Of a DNA stretch of 18,727 nucleotides, positions 7,269 to 15,816 are shown one piece after another. The DNA comes from Candidatus Odinarchaeia archaeon (GTDB lineage Archaea; Asgardarchaeota; Odinarchaeia; Odinarchaeales; Odinarchaeaceae), in NCBI GenBank assembly GCA_029856525.1, contig JAHQXC010000020.1:1-18727 (forward strand). The letters are read 5' to 3'. The first letter of the stretch is position 1. The number at the start of each line of letters is the position of its first letter. The notes beneath the pieces were generated by a model. The model was given only the letters and a program-made list of their open reading frames with translations, was not told where the DNA came from and did no database searches. A program made the translations under genes and the position numbers.

Positions 7269-7892
7269 GTGGGGGTCGGCTTGAAAAAACTAATTCTCCC
7301 TGTGCTGGTCTGCACGCTGATAGCGTTCACGTTCACATCTTTCTCATTTCAGACATCAAACGTAATAAATGCACAGGATAATATAGTTCAACCGGTTATT
7401 GATAATCAGGGTAACATTATCGTCAACCAGTCTAGTGTAGAGAATGAGACAGACATCATATTCAATGAACCCGGTGTAGTTGCAGGTGAAGGTGTCATAG
7501 AGCCTGGCGGTAATCTTACGTTATGGTTTAAAGCCTCAGGCGGCGGTTACATATATGAAAACGGCTACAAGAATAATTTCGGGTTTAATATATGCTATAA
7601 TAATACTCTTGAAGGGCATGTGAATTACGTTGACAGAGCTGGAGGATACCATTTCAAAAGTATAATAATCGAGAATGCTAGCGTTGAGGTTAAAGACGGC
7701 GGATACTTAATAAAAGCTTACGGGGTTGGAGAGATCCAGGGTCAGAGATATTTATTCAGATTAGAGGCGGCGGATAAAGGGGAGCCGGGGGTGAGCGATA
7801 CCTTTAATATATCGATATATATGGAGAGCGGGTTTTTATATGATTGCAGTGGCGGTGTTATAGGCGGAGGCAACATTAATATTAATATTTAA
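7269..7892 (+). CDS. Secreted or surface protein with a signal peptide and a C-terminal post-COAP-1-like beta domain
   Basis: Probable TTG start at 7281 (MKKLILPVLVC..., signal-peptide-like). C-terminal GGG-x-I...NFGF...D-x-GEPG-x-x-DTF-x-I...GGGNI pattern recognised from memory. Confidence 0.6.
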   Translation: MGVGLKKLILPVLVCTLIAFTFTSFSFQTSNVINAQDNIVQPVIDNQGNIIVNQSSVENETDIIFNEPGVVAGEGVIEPGGNLTLWFKASGGGYIYENGYKNNFGFNICYNNTLEGHVNYVDRAGGYHFKSIIIENASVEVKDGGYLIKAYGVGEIQGQRYLFRLEAADKGEPGVSDTFNISIYMESGFLYDCSGGVIGGGNININI

Positions 7893-8470
7893 CGGTGAAA
7901 TATTTTCATCATATTCTCTATATAGACACGGATTTTATTTAAGCATTCAATACAAAATGAGGCAGGCTTCAAGTCTGTTTCAATAATAGTGTTAGAGAAC
8001 CGCATAACACACTTCTTCACGCAGTGATCTAAGGTTAAAGTATGGCCTAATTCGTGAACCGCTTCTTTCAGTAAACGTGTCTTAAATACTCTAGATTTGA
8101 GGTCGGCTAACCCGGTTGTAAGTCTATTAGTGGATACTAAAGCGGTTAAAGATGTTTCATCGAATGGATTGAGAGGTTTCTGAGCTAAGCCGAAAACGAA
8201 GTTTAACCCCTCCACGTAGATATCCTCGTTTGTTAACGCTAATACACGGAAGAAACCGGTGTTTTTAAACATAGTTGAGAGGCTGCTGAGAATACCGTAA
8301 GCATTGAATTGGAGGCGTTTAGTGTTATAATACGATGAAGATAACGGTAGATTTACCTCCGAGACTTCGAATATAATCTGGGGAGGAATATAGGATGGTA
8401 GACTCTGCTGCAGCCAGTTTAATAATTCCGTTTCAAAGCCGCCTAAACCCTGCAATAATATTTTCAGCAA
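7889..8470 (-). CDS. amzA: Archaemetzincin (AMZ-family Zn metalloprotease)
   Basis: EGLNFVFGLA, KEAVHELGH-x-x-x-x-x-HC, Met-turn CVMRFS and FC-x-x-C motifs. Confidence 0.88.
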   Translation of the reverse strand: MLKILLQGLGGFETELLNWLQQSLPSYIPPQIIFEVSEVNLPLSSSYYNTKRLQFNAYGILSSLSTMFKNTGFFRVLALTNEDIYVEGLNFVFGLAQKPLNPFDETSLTALVSTNRLTTGLADLKSRVFKTRLLKEAVHELGHTLTLDHCVKKCVMRFSNTIIETDLKPASFCIECLNKIRVYIENMMKIFHR

Positions 8471-8527
8471 TCAACCACCATATAAACCGTTCTAAAAATG
8501 AAATTAACGTGATAGTTTACTGATAGG

Positions 8528-9532
8528 TTAAGAGGAGAGGCGTTTATGAGCTTCTCTGATAAGTTTCCTGATAGGCAGCTTATAAGGACATCTCTCCTCG
8601 CAGAGACCGCATTCAGTGCATTTTTCAGGTGTCACGTCTACAAGACTCTTATATCTATCTTTAGCCCAGTCTGGTAGCCTGTATCTCTGATAGTAGGCGT
8701 CTAAAAGCAGGATAACCGGGATTTTAATACCTTGAGGGCATGGCTGACAGTATTCGCAGCGACGGCATATCTGTTTATCAATCATCTTCAACTCTTGTTT
8801 TAAAGCTTTAAGCTCCTCCTCTGTTAGAGGAGAGCCTAGGATACTAAGATTATACTCAACTTGCTGAATACTATCCATTCCAGGGATAACCACCGAGACA
8901 TCGTGTTGAAGAATCCATTTTAAAGCTGCACCTGAATTATAGAATGCTCCTCCAGCTAAAGGCTTCATAATAATAGTTCCCACGTCGTAATCTCTAGCTG
9001 TTTTAATAAGCTCTAAACCCTCTGTTTCAAGCGGGTTAAATGGGAATTGAATTGTATCAAATAAGTCGCTGGCTAAAACCTTTTTTAATAGTGAGTGAAC
9101 GTGGCTGGTTATGCCAATATATTTTATTAAACCTGTTTCCTGCGCTTCTTTTAAAGCGGCTATAGCGCCGTCCGGTTGAAGAGCGCGATTATAACTTTCA
9201 AGATCGCTTATATTATGTAACTGGTATAAGTCTATTCGCTTCAAGTTTAAATTACTGAGACTTAACTTTATATCATTCTCCATTTCAAGCTTAGTTAAAG
9301 CTCTTGACTTAGAGGCTACGATGCAGCCGTTACTATGATCTTTTAAAGCTAACCCTATTTTAAACTCGCTGTCCGTGTAAACTCTAGCTGTATCTATGAA
9401 GTTAACGCCTAATTGTAAAGCCCGGCGGATAATGTGCACAGCATCCTCTACACTAACCCTTTGAATAGGGATGCCCCCGAACCCGATCGCTGAGACCTTG
9501 AGCCCTGTTCTTCCAAGCCTTCTCTTAAACAT
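8528..9532 (-). CDS. Aldo/keto reductase with C-terminal 4Fe-4S dicluster-type domain
   Basis: RRLGRTGLKVSAIGFG, FIDTARVY, IDLYQLHN and IMKPLAGG motifs; C-terminal CRRCEYCQPCP...CTECGLCEERCP. Confidence 0.92.
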   Translation of the reverse strand: MFKRRLGRTGLKVSAIGFGGIPIQRVSVEDAVHIIRRALQLGVNFIDTARVYTDSEFKIGLALKDHSNGCIVASKSRALTKLEMENDIKLSLSNLNLKRIDLYQLHNISDLESYNRALQPDGAIAALKEAQETGLIKYIGITSHVHSLLKKVLASDLFDTIQFPFNPLETEGLELIKTARDYDVGTIIMKPLAGGAFYNSGAALKWILQHDVSVVIPGMDSIQQVEYNLSILGSPLTEEELKALKQELKMIDKQICRRCEYCQPCPQGIKIPVILLLDAYYQRYRLPDWAKDRYKSLVDVTPEKCTECGLCEERCPYKLPIRKLIREAHKRLSS

Positions 9533-9685
9533 AAAAGAATAGTATTAAAAATAAGGTATTAAGGTTTTAGCCTATTATTAAAGTGAAAGTTTATAAGTTT
9601 AAAAAACACTTAGATGTATTGTAACATATATTACTATTTTTGTATAGTAGTATATGTTATTATAATTAAAGGAGTAGATTAGGTT

Positions 9686-9844
9686 TTGAGAAGATCAGGT
9701 GGAGGTTTCAGAGGCAGCTCTGAGCCTCGTCAAATGTATAAGGCTATCTGCTCAGAGTGCGGTGCTGAATGCGAAGTCCCGTTTAAACCCGCTGAGGGCA
9801 GGCCTGTATACTGTAGAGAATGCTTCGCTAAGAGGAGAAGGTAA
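9686..9844 (+). CDS. CxxC-x17-CxxC zinc-binding small protein, 52 aa (not in the ORF track)
   Basis: Hand translation from TTG: MRRSGGGFRGSSEPRQMYKAICSECGAECEVPFKPAEGRPVYCRECFAKRRR*. Exactly 17 residues lie between the two CxxC motifs; the VPFKP...RPVYC signature is present. Confidence 0.9.
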   Translation: MRRSGGGFRGSSEPRQMYKAICSECGAECEVPFKPAEGRPVYCRECFAKRRR

Positions 9845-9899
9845 GCTGATAAGCTTTTCACACACCTTTCCCCTTGAATTTTTTATATTTAAATCTCGA

Positions 9900-10790
9900 T
9901 TACGCGGGGGAGCCGTAACAGTAGTCACAGCTATGTTTACATGAGAAGAAACCTTTATAGCCACCTATATCAATCGACCTGTGGCATGCGCACTCCTCAC
10001 GCTGACCTTTATCTTTAACTTTAGGGAGAGTTATCCCTGTTAAGCGCTCCATTTTAGAAGCGTCGATGCATCTAGAACCCGTAACACCTGGGATTCGAAG
10101 CAGCTCAGGTTGGCAGCAGGCTCTTAAAATTATATTATAACGGTTGCAGATTTCAACTAGCCGGGTGACTATAAGTTTTTTCTCATCTATTGACAGGTTA
10201 ACAGGTATTCTACCTCTTGAAATCATCCGTGAAACAACCTTAGGGTATAATGAGATAAAAGAGAAGACGATTTCAGTTATATTTAAATCAGCGGCTTTTT
10301 TAACAATATATTCAAAAGCGGCTAGATTATTTTTAATCCGTGTTGAACCCGGTGTCTTATAAAAGACTATAGGGTCGAATCTAAGTGTTACAGCCTGGGG
10401 GGTGAACTCTTCTACTAAAAATTTAAGTTGAGAAAGACGCTCCCCTAGACTCGGCTTAACACCCGGCTCAAGCTCGCATGGAGTGTTAATAGTAAACTGG
10501 AAGAAATGCCCTTTATAAGCGTTGAAAACCTCCGGGGTCTCGTAAAAGCTTTTAATCCATGCGCTGAAATCTTTAGACCACCAAACCCAGCATTTAACAA
10601 CTGATGGTTTAAGCGTAACCCTGGAGACTATGCTAGGATTGAAAGGATTTCTAACATCAACGTAACCTGTCTTAATCCTATCTAAAACCCAGCTCATATG
10701 ATGAGCTGGTATATCAGTTCTACGTGAACATGAGATCACAGGGTATTCTATAACCCTCATTTTATTCGAAGACAGCAGCATTCCAACCAC
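9900..10790 (-). CDS. DUF1848 family protein (SPL-related radical-SAM-like, with C-terminal CxxxCxxC)
   Basis: ISCSRRTDIPA, V-x-V-x-NPFNP, WWSK, RFDPI, R-x-x-C-x-C-x-x-S-x-DIG and CKHSCDYCY motifs. The start may be the ATG at 10760. Confidence 0.9.
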   Translation of the reverse strand: MVGMLLSSNKMRVIEYPVISCSRRTDIPAHHMSWVLDRIKTGYVDVRNPFNPSIVSRVTLKPSVVKCWVWWSKDFSAWIKSFYETPEVFNAYKGHFFQFTINTPCELEPGVKPSLGERLSQLKFLVEEFTPQAVTLRFDPIVFYKTPGSTRIKNNLAAFEYIVKKAADLNITEIVFSFISLYPKVVSRMISRGRIPVNLSIDEKKLIVTRLVEICNRYNIILRACCQPELLRIPGVTGSRCIDASKMERLTGITLPKVKDKGQREECACHRSIDIGGYKGFFSCKHSCDYCYGSPA

Positions 10791-11402
10791 TTACCCTGTG
10801 AAATTTTTACAGTAGGCGTTAACCGGGCAGTTAGAGCATCTCCTCCGCTTACAGAATTCAATATAAAGCCTCATCAAAGAAGCTTCATATTTCTCAGCGT
10901 CTTTAACGTCAAGCAAAGCCGCCATTTTTAATGCTATAGGAGACGGAGACGGCTTCGCTTTAACCCAGATGCCTCTCAGCTCTCTTAAAAAAATATTAAC
11001 GCAGACAGGTCCGACTCCTTTAAACTCCATTAACCGTTTCTCTAAATCCATTGAGTTAGCAGCCTGCTCGTGAATATTCTCTAGATCACCGTATTTTTTC
11101 AAAATATTCTCTGAGAGTAGAAGCAGATTAGAAGCTGTAGAGTAGTCGTAACGCACATAGCCGCCTCTGTCAAGCACATCCACTAGTTTATGCCAGCCTG
11201 CTTTAATTAAGCGCTCAGGGGTTACAAGGTCTTCGGATATAAAACAGCGAATAGTTTTTTTCGCAACCTCCACTGAAATACGTTTAGCGAAGAGAAAAGA
11301 GGCTAAAAACCATTTAAAACGGTCTCCGGGGTCATGTAGATTTAACCCTAATTCTTCAGCGTAGCCGGGGATACTCGCTAAAATAGTTTCCACACCAGTC
11401 AT
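10791..11402 (-). CDS. HhH-GPD superfamily (endonuclease III-related) protein with C-terminal Fe-S Cys cluster
   Basis: FKWFLASFLFAKRIS, GGYVRYD, HhH motif FKGVGP...IFLRE, and C-terminal C-x4-C-x2-C-x5-C. Confidence 0.8.
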   Translation of the reverse strand: MTGVETILASIPGYAEELGLNLHDPGDRFKWFLASFLFAKRISVEVAKKTIRCFISEDLVTPERLIKAGWHKLVDVLDRGGYVRYDYSTASNLLLLSENILKKYGDLENIHEQAANSMDLEKRLMEFKGVGPVCVNIFLRELRGIWVKAKPSPSPIALKMAALLDVKDAEKYEASLMRLYIEFCKRRRCSNCPVNAYCKNFTG

Positions 11403-11677
11403 TTAATATAAACCTCTACAAGGTGTTTCAGAGATTAGTAAAACTAAGATACACGTTTTTAAGATTCAGCTCAAACATATTTTAAATCAGTATACCGCGT
11501 GTCTATAAGTGATTATACGGGAGTGTATTATATAAAACTTGCCCGGCTTATACGCCGCCAAGCCCCCTTACGACTAATATTCGAATCCCTGTATTAAGCG
11601 AGTATGCTGATAGTCTACTTTTCGCATAGGATTCAATCAGAATGATAATGTAGTGTTTACTTCTCGAATCATTAAAG

Positions 11678-12793
11678 TTATTCTTTAACCACGGGTTTAA
11701 TGAAATCTGAGAGGCGTTTTAACATGTGAAGTTTATCTTTATTATTTATCTTCGCCTCTTCAACGACGCTCTTCAAAAAATTGGCTGACTCCGTCATGAG
11801 TGAGCGATTCACAGGATAGGGGACACCGTCCTTGCCTCCATGAGCGAAGGAGAACTTAGCCGGATCCCTCCAGCTTGGTGAAGCACCCCAGATTAGCTGG
11901 GAGATTAAAGCTAAAGCGCGGACTGCAGCCGGGCCTATGCCTTGAATAAGGAGAAGATCCTCGTAGCTGTCGGGTTGAAGCTCGTAAGCTTGCTGAAGCG
12001 CATCCCAGTCGATTCTACGAGGCATGTTTAAAATTTGAAGGTTATGGTTTAAATTAAGAGGATAATCTGTTAAAGATTTTTGAGCCGGGTCTTTTAGACT
12101 GTTAAAAACTTTTTTTAAGCGGTGAGGGTTATCTTTCACAAGATCCAGGCTTGTTCTCCGGCATTCCTCGCTTTCCCTAGCACACATATCTAGGACTTGA
12201 TCGCGGATAACATCGCTTACAATGCCTGTATGAGGTTCAACTATTAAATTTTTTGAATGCTTTGAAAACCAGTGGTAGCGTCTAGCATATAGATTGATTT
12301 TATCCATCCCCTGCTGGATAACCGCCCAGTTTTTTCTACTTATAATCATACTATGATGGTATAGTTGAAAACCGTCTTGAATAGCAGCGTTATCGACTTT
12401 AGCTGTTAGCCGGCTGATTTTTTTAAGCTTTTTAACATCGCTTTCACTGAGGTTTAAGCTTTCAGCTATTTTTTCAATTTCATCAGGGGCCCGCCGGCTT
12501 ACAGCGCCTTTGCCGCCTACTACAGCTAAACCGTGGTCAACAGGGTTTAAAAAAGATTTAAGCACGCCTATAGTGACGGTTGTTGTACCGCTGCTGTGCC
12601 AGTCGTAGCCTAGAATACATGAAAGACATTGAAACCAAAACGGGTCTGAAAGCCTTCTTAAAATCTCCTCTTCCCCGTACTCTAAGAGCATAACTGAGAA
12701 AACAGCTTTACCTAACTCGATCATTTTAGCTATAAGCCAGGGTGGGGCTTTCCCGCCGTGGAGAGGTAGATTAGCTAAACCTGTTCGAAGCAT
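11678..12793 (-). CDS. DUF763 family protein
   Basis: LPLHGGKAP, RLSDPFWFQ, G-x-DWHSSGTTT, W-x-VIQQGM, ARRYHW, HhH-like GIGP and FAHGGKDG-x-PYPV motifs. Start placed at ATG 12793 (MLRTG...) rather than 12844. Confidence 0.92.
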   Translation of the reverse strand: MLRTGLANLPLHGGKAPPWLIAKMIELGKAVFSVMLLEYGEEEILRRLSDPFWFQCLSCILGYDWHSSGTTTVTIGVLKSFLNPVDHGLAVVGGKGAVSRRAPDEIEKIAESLNLSESDVKKLKKISRLTAKVDNAAIQDGFQLYHHSMIISRKNWAVIQQGMDKINLYARRYHWFSKHSKNLIVEPHTGIVSDVIRDQVLDMCARESEECRRTSLDLVKDNPHRLKKVFNSLKDPAQKSLTDYPLNLNHNLQILNMPRRIDWDALQQAYELQPDSYEDLLLIQGIGPAAVRALALISQLIWGASPSWRDPAKFSFAHGGKDGVPYPVNRSLMTESANFLKSVVEEAKINNKDKLHMLKRLSDFIKPVVKE

Positions 12794-13110
12794 AAATATC
12801 TCAACTTGGCTTAGTATTAATCTAAAATTGAAGCTGACTCTCAAGAATAATAAATTAAAATTCAGCTAATAAACTTATAGAGAACATATCTTATAAGAAT
12901 TATTTGACGTTCACCATGGTTAAAGCCTTGATTCTAAGCTTTCAACTATAATCTCTCTTAGGCTGTAAGCTTAAGCTGAGCTTGTAAGATTTCATCTTAT
13001 TAGAGATTGTAAAACTTTTTTAGATAGATTATTTAAAATAGTATTTTTATAAAATAAAAATTTGCTATTAGATTAATCTCATAGTCGACAAGTCTAGAAG
13101 AGGGAGCTGA

Positions 13111-14391
13111 GTGGTAACATGGATATTAATAGCGATTTTAATATTAGTTAACATATTGCTCGCGTTTCAACGTGTTTCAAACGCTTTAGTCGGTTTGCTT
13201 GGGGCTATTTTAGTTATAATAGTAGGGTATCTTTCAGGATTATTCAATTTTATAGATGCTTTAAGCTTCGTCGATTTCAACGCTATATTCCTAATACTAG
13301 GTTTATTTATACTAATCCAGGTTACTAAGGATAGCGGTTTATTCCAGTTTATAACGCTTAGAATAGTTAAAAAAACAGGGGGGAGAGTTTACCCGCTTTA
13401 CATATCGTTTATTATATTAACCTTCCTGTTAGCTGGTTTAATTGGGAGTATAACTACGATGATGATAATCGGGTCTATGACGGTTATAACCAGTTCAACC
13501 TGCGACTACGATCCTGTGCCCTTCTTAATAATTGAATCTTTTATAGCTGATATGGCTGGGACCACGCTGGTAAGCGGCTCCGTCTCTATAATAGTAGCCT
13601 CCCAGCTACTAGGAATCTCATACGCAGAGTGGGCGTCCATAGCCTACCCGATGGGTTTAGTGTTTTTAGGTTTTTCTATTCTAATAGCGCCTAAGCTTCA
13701 AAGAAGAAAGATGGCGGTGCAAAAAACTTCTACGGAGATATTATATGAATTAGAGTTAATTGACCCTTGGAGTGTTGTTTATAAGAGGAGTGTGTTTTAT
13801 GCAACTGCAGGTGTGCTAGCGTTCACGTTTATAATGTTTTTTCTAAGCAGTTTTATAGGTGTTAGCTTAGGGTTTATCGCTTTACTAGCAGCGACGATCA
13901 TGTTGATTATTAATCGAGCTGATTTACAGCATGTCTTCCAAAAAACAGACTGGGAGACATTAATATATATAATCGGTATCTCTATTACGATAGGCGGTGT
14001 AAGTGAAAGCGGTATTCTAAACGCGCTCGGGGAATCTCTGTCACTTTTAATAGGTGGAAGCGCTATCTTAGGGTTAATTATTATTCTATGGGTTGTATCA
14101 GCTCTAACAGGGTTTATAGATAATTTAGCTGTCACTCTAATGTTTATACCTACTGTTAGAATCCTCTCAGCGACTGCGCCTCTTCTACCTATGGCTTACG
14201 CGCTCTTACTAGGCGCTGATATAGGTATCACATTTCTACCATGGGCTACCACTTCAGGTTTAATAGCTATGAGCTTGGCGAAGGAGGCTGGCGCTAAAAT
14301 TAAAGTAAGAGACTACGCTAAAGTAGGGTTATTAAATCTCGGCTATCTTTCAATAGCCACTCTGTTCTTGACTATATTAACTGTTATATAA
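13111..14391 (+). CDS. ArsB/NhaD (ion transporter superfamily, P-permease/SLC13-like) permease
   Basis: About 11-12 hydrophobic segments; DFNAIFLILG, DWETL, GFIDNL and LLGADIG motifs. Confidence 0.8.
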   Translation: MVTWILIAILILVNILLAFQRVSNALVGLLGAILVIIVGYLSGLFNFIDALSFVDFNAIFLILGLFILIQVTKDSGLFQFITLRIVKKTGGRVYPLYISFIILTFLLAGLIGSITTMMIIGSMTVITSSTCDYDPVPFLIIESFIADMAGTTLVSGSVSIIVASQLLGISYAEWASIAYPMGLVFLGFSILIAPKLQRRKMAVQKTSTEILYELELIDPWSVVYKRSVFYATAGVLAFTFIMFFLSSFIGVSLGFIALLAATIMLIINRADLQHVFQKTDWETLIYIIGISITIGGVSESGILNALGESLSLLIGGSAILGLIIILWVVSALTGFIDNLAVTLMFIPTVRILSATAPLLPMAYALLLGADIGITFLPWATTSGLIAMSLAKEAGAKIKVRDYAKVGLLNLGYLSIATLFLTILTVI

Positions 14392-14547
14392 GCCTGTAAA
14401 TGAAGTCTTAAAAATTAATTATAAAGAGATGTTTTTTCAGATGAGTGTTACCTGTGTAAACGCTTATAGAGCTTCGGTTACAGTAGCCTTATGTTAGCGT
14501 TTAACTGAGCTTCCCGTCTTATTTATTAAGACAGGCTTATACTAATT

Positions 14548-15765
14548 TTAAGCGGATTTCACTATTATAGTAGCGCTTAAAAATAAAGCTGCGAGTATAA
14601 GGGAGCCTGCTACATAAAATGGGGCTGGGATTGCAAGCTGGTAGGCTAATCCTGCGATAATAGGCCCAGGTATCCTAGCGATACTGCTAACCGACTCAGA
14701 GACCCCTAAAGTAACCCCGTAGTCTTCAGGGTTCGTTTTCTTAGATAAAAAGCTGCAGATAGCCACGTCGACTAAGAATACGCCGACTGAGATTATTGTC
14801 ACAGATGTCATAAAAAGTATTATAGATGGAAGAAGCGGCATTGTGAAAACTCCTATAAGTGTTAGAAATATTCCGGTTAAAATAATAAGCTCGTCTTTAA
14901 CGCTTTTAGAGATCCTCCCGATAAGTATGAATTGAATTATAAATCCGATCACACCTATATAAGCGAAGAATACGCCTACAGCCGCCTCCCCTAAACCGAA
15001 GACATCCCAGCTGTAAAGCGGTAAAACAACAGGCATAGCGGCGAATGCGAAACCCATAGCGAAGACTATTCCTAGAGCTAACTGTATGATAGGGGATTTA
15101 ACTATGAGAGCGATGTCTTTAATATAGGAGAGAGGTGTGGAGTTTTCGCAGTTGACGCTAGTGTTTTTTAATTTAACTGTTTCCGGTAGAAAAAAGTATA
15201 CGAGCATCAGGTTTAAAATTGTTAACGCTATTGCGGTTAAACCTGGAAGCCAGAAACGGCCGTAAATGTTTACAAAACCGCCTAAAACCGGTCCAAGTAT
15301 TATACCAATATTAGAGGCGGCTCCAACCTTCCCTATAGCTGAAGTTCTAGATCTCTCCCCTGTTAGATCGGAGATGTAAGCGTAGGCGACACCATACTCT
15401 GTAGCCATCCCAGCTATTATCCTGGAGATTAACAGCATTATGAATGAGAACGAGGCTGTGAAGATGATAAAGCTTATCGCGGAGAAGAGAAGCGAGTATA
15501 TTAGTATTCTCCGCCGCCCAACTTTATCTGAAAGACGCCCTAGTAGAGGTGCGAAAAAGAATTGCATTAAAGCGAAAACTGCGACCAGTAATCCTAAAAG
15601 CGTTGAACTGGCTCCGAATTCTAAAGCGTAAAAAGGGATTAAAGGAATGACTAAACCGTATCCTATAGAGTCTATGAGTAGAGTGATGAAGATGATAGTT
15701 AACGGGGGGATACGCCGGCTACCTTGCAGATTATCCTCCTCCCATTCCCCGCTCATCTCAACCAC
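14548..15765 (-). CDS. MFS transporter, TetA/DHA1-like
   Basis: Motif A G-x-LSD-x-x-GRR, motif C-like GIILGPVLGG, FFLPET; about 12 TM segments. The start may be the ATG at 15756. Confidence 0.9.
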   Translation of the reverse strand: MVEMSGEWEEDNLQGSRRIPPLTIIFITLLIDSIGYGLVIPLIPFYALEFGASSTLLGLLVAVFALMQFFFAPLLGRLSDKVGRRRILIYSLLFSAISFIIFTASFSFIMLLISRIIAGMATEYGVAYAYISDLTGERSRTSAIGKVGAASNIGIILGPVLGGFVNIYGRFWLPGLTAIALTILNLMLVYFFLPETVKLKNTSVNCENSTPLSYIKDIALIVKSPIIQLALGIVFAMGFAFAAMPVVLPLYSWDVFGLGEAAVGVFFAYIGVIGFIIQFILIGRISKSVKDELIILTGIFLTLIGVFTMPLLPSIILFMTSVTIISVGVFLVDVAICSFLSKKTNPEDYGVTLGVSESVSSIARIPGPIIAGLAYQLAIPAPFYVAGSLILAALFLSATIIVKSA

Positions 15766-15816
15766 TAATCCTATGCTTACCTGAAAATTTTGCGAAGAAT
15801 ATTGAAAAATATTATA

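Noticed and set aside
9699-9944. 81-aa plus-strand ORF from the track (and 9752..9964 on the minus strand)
   Set aside because: These are shadow frames of the real CxxC-x17-CxxC gene at 9686-9844 and the DUF1848 3' end.
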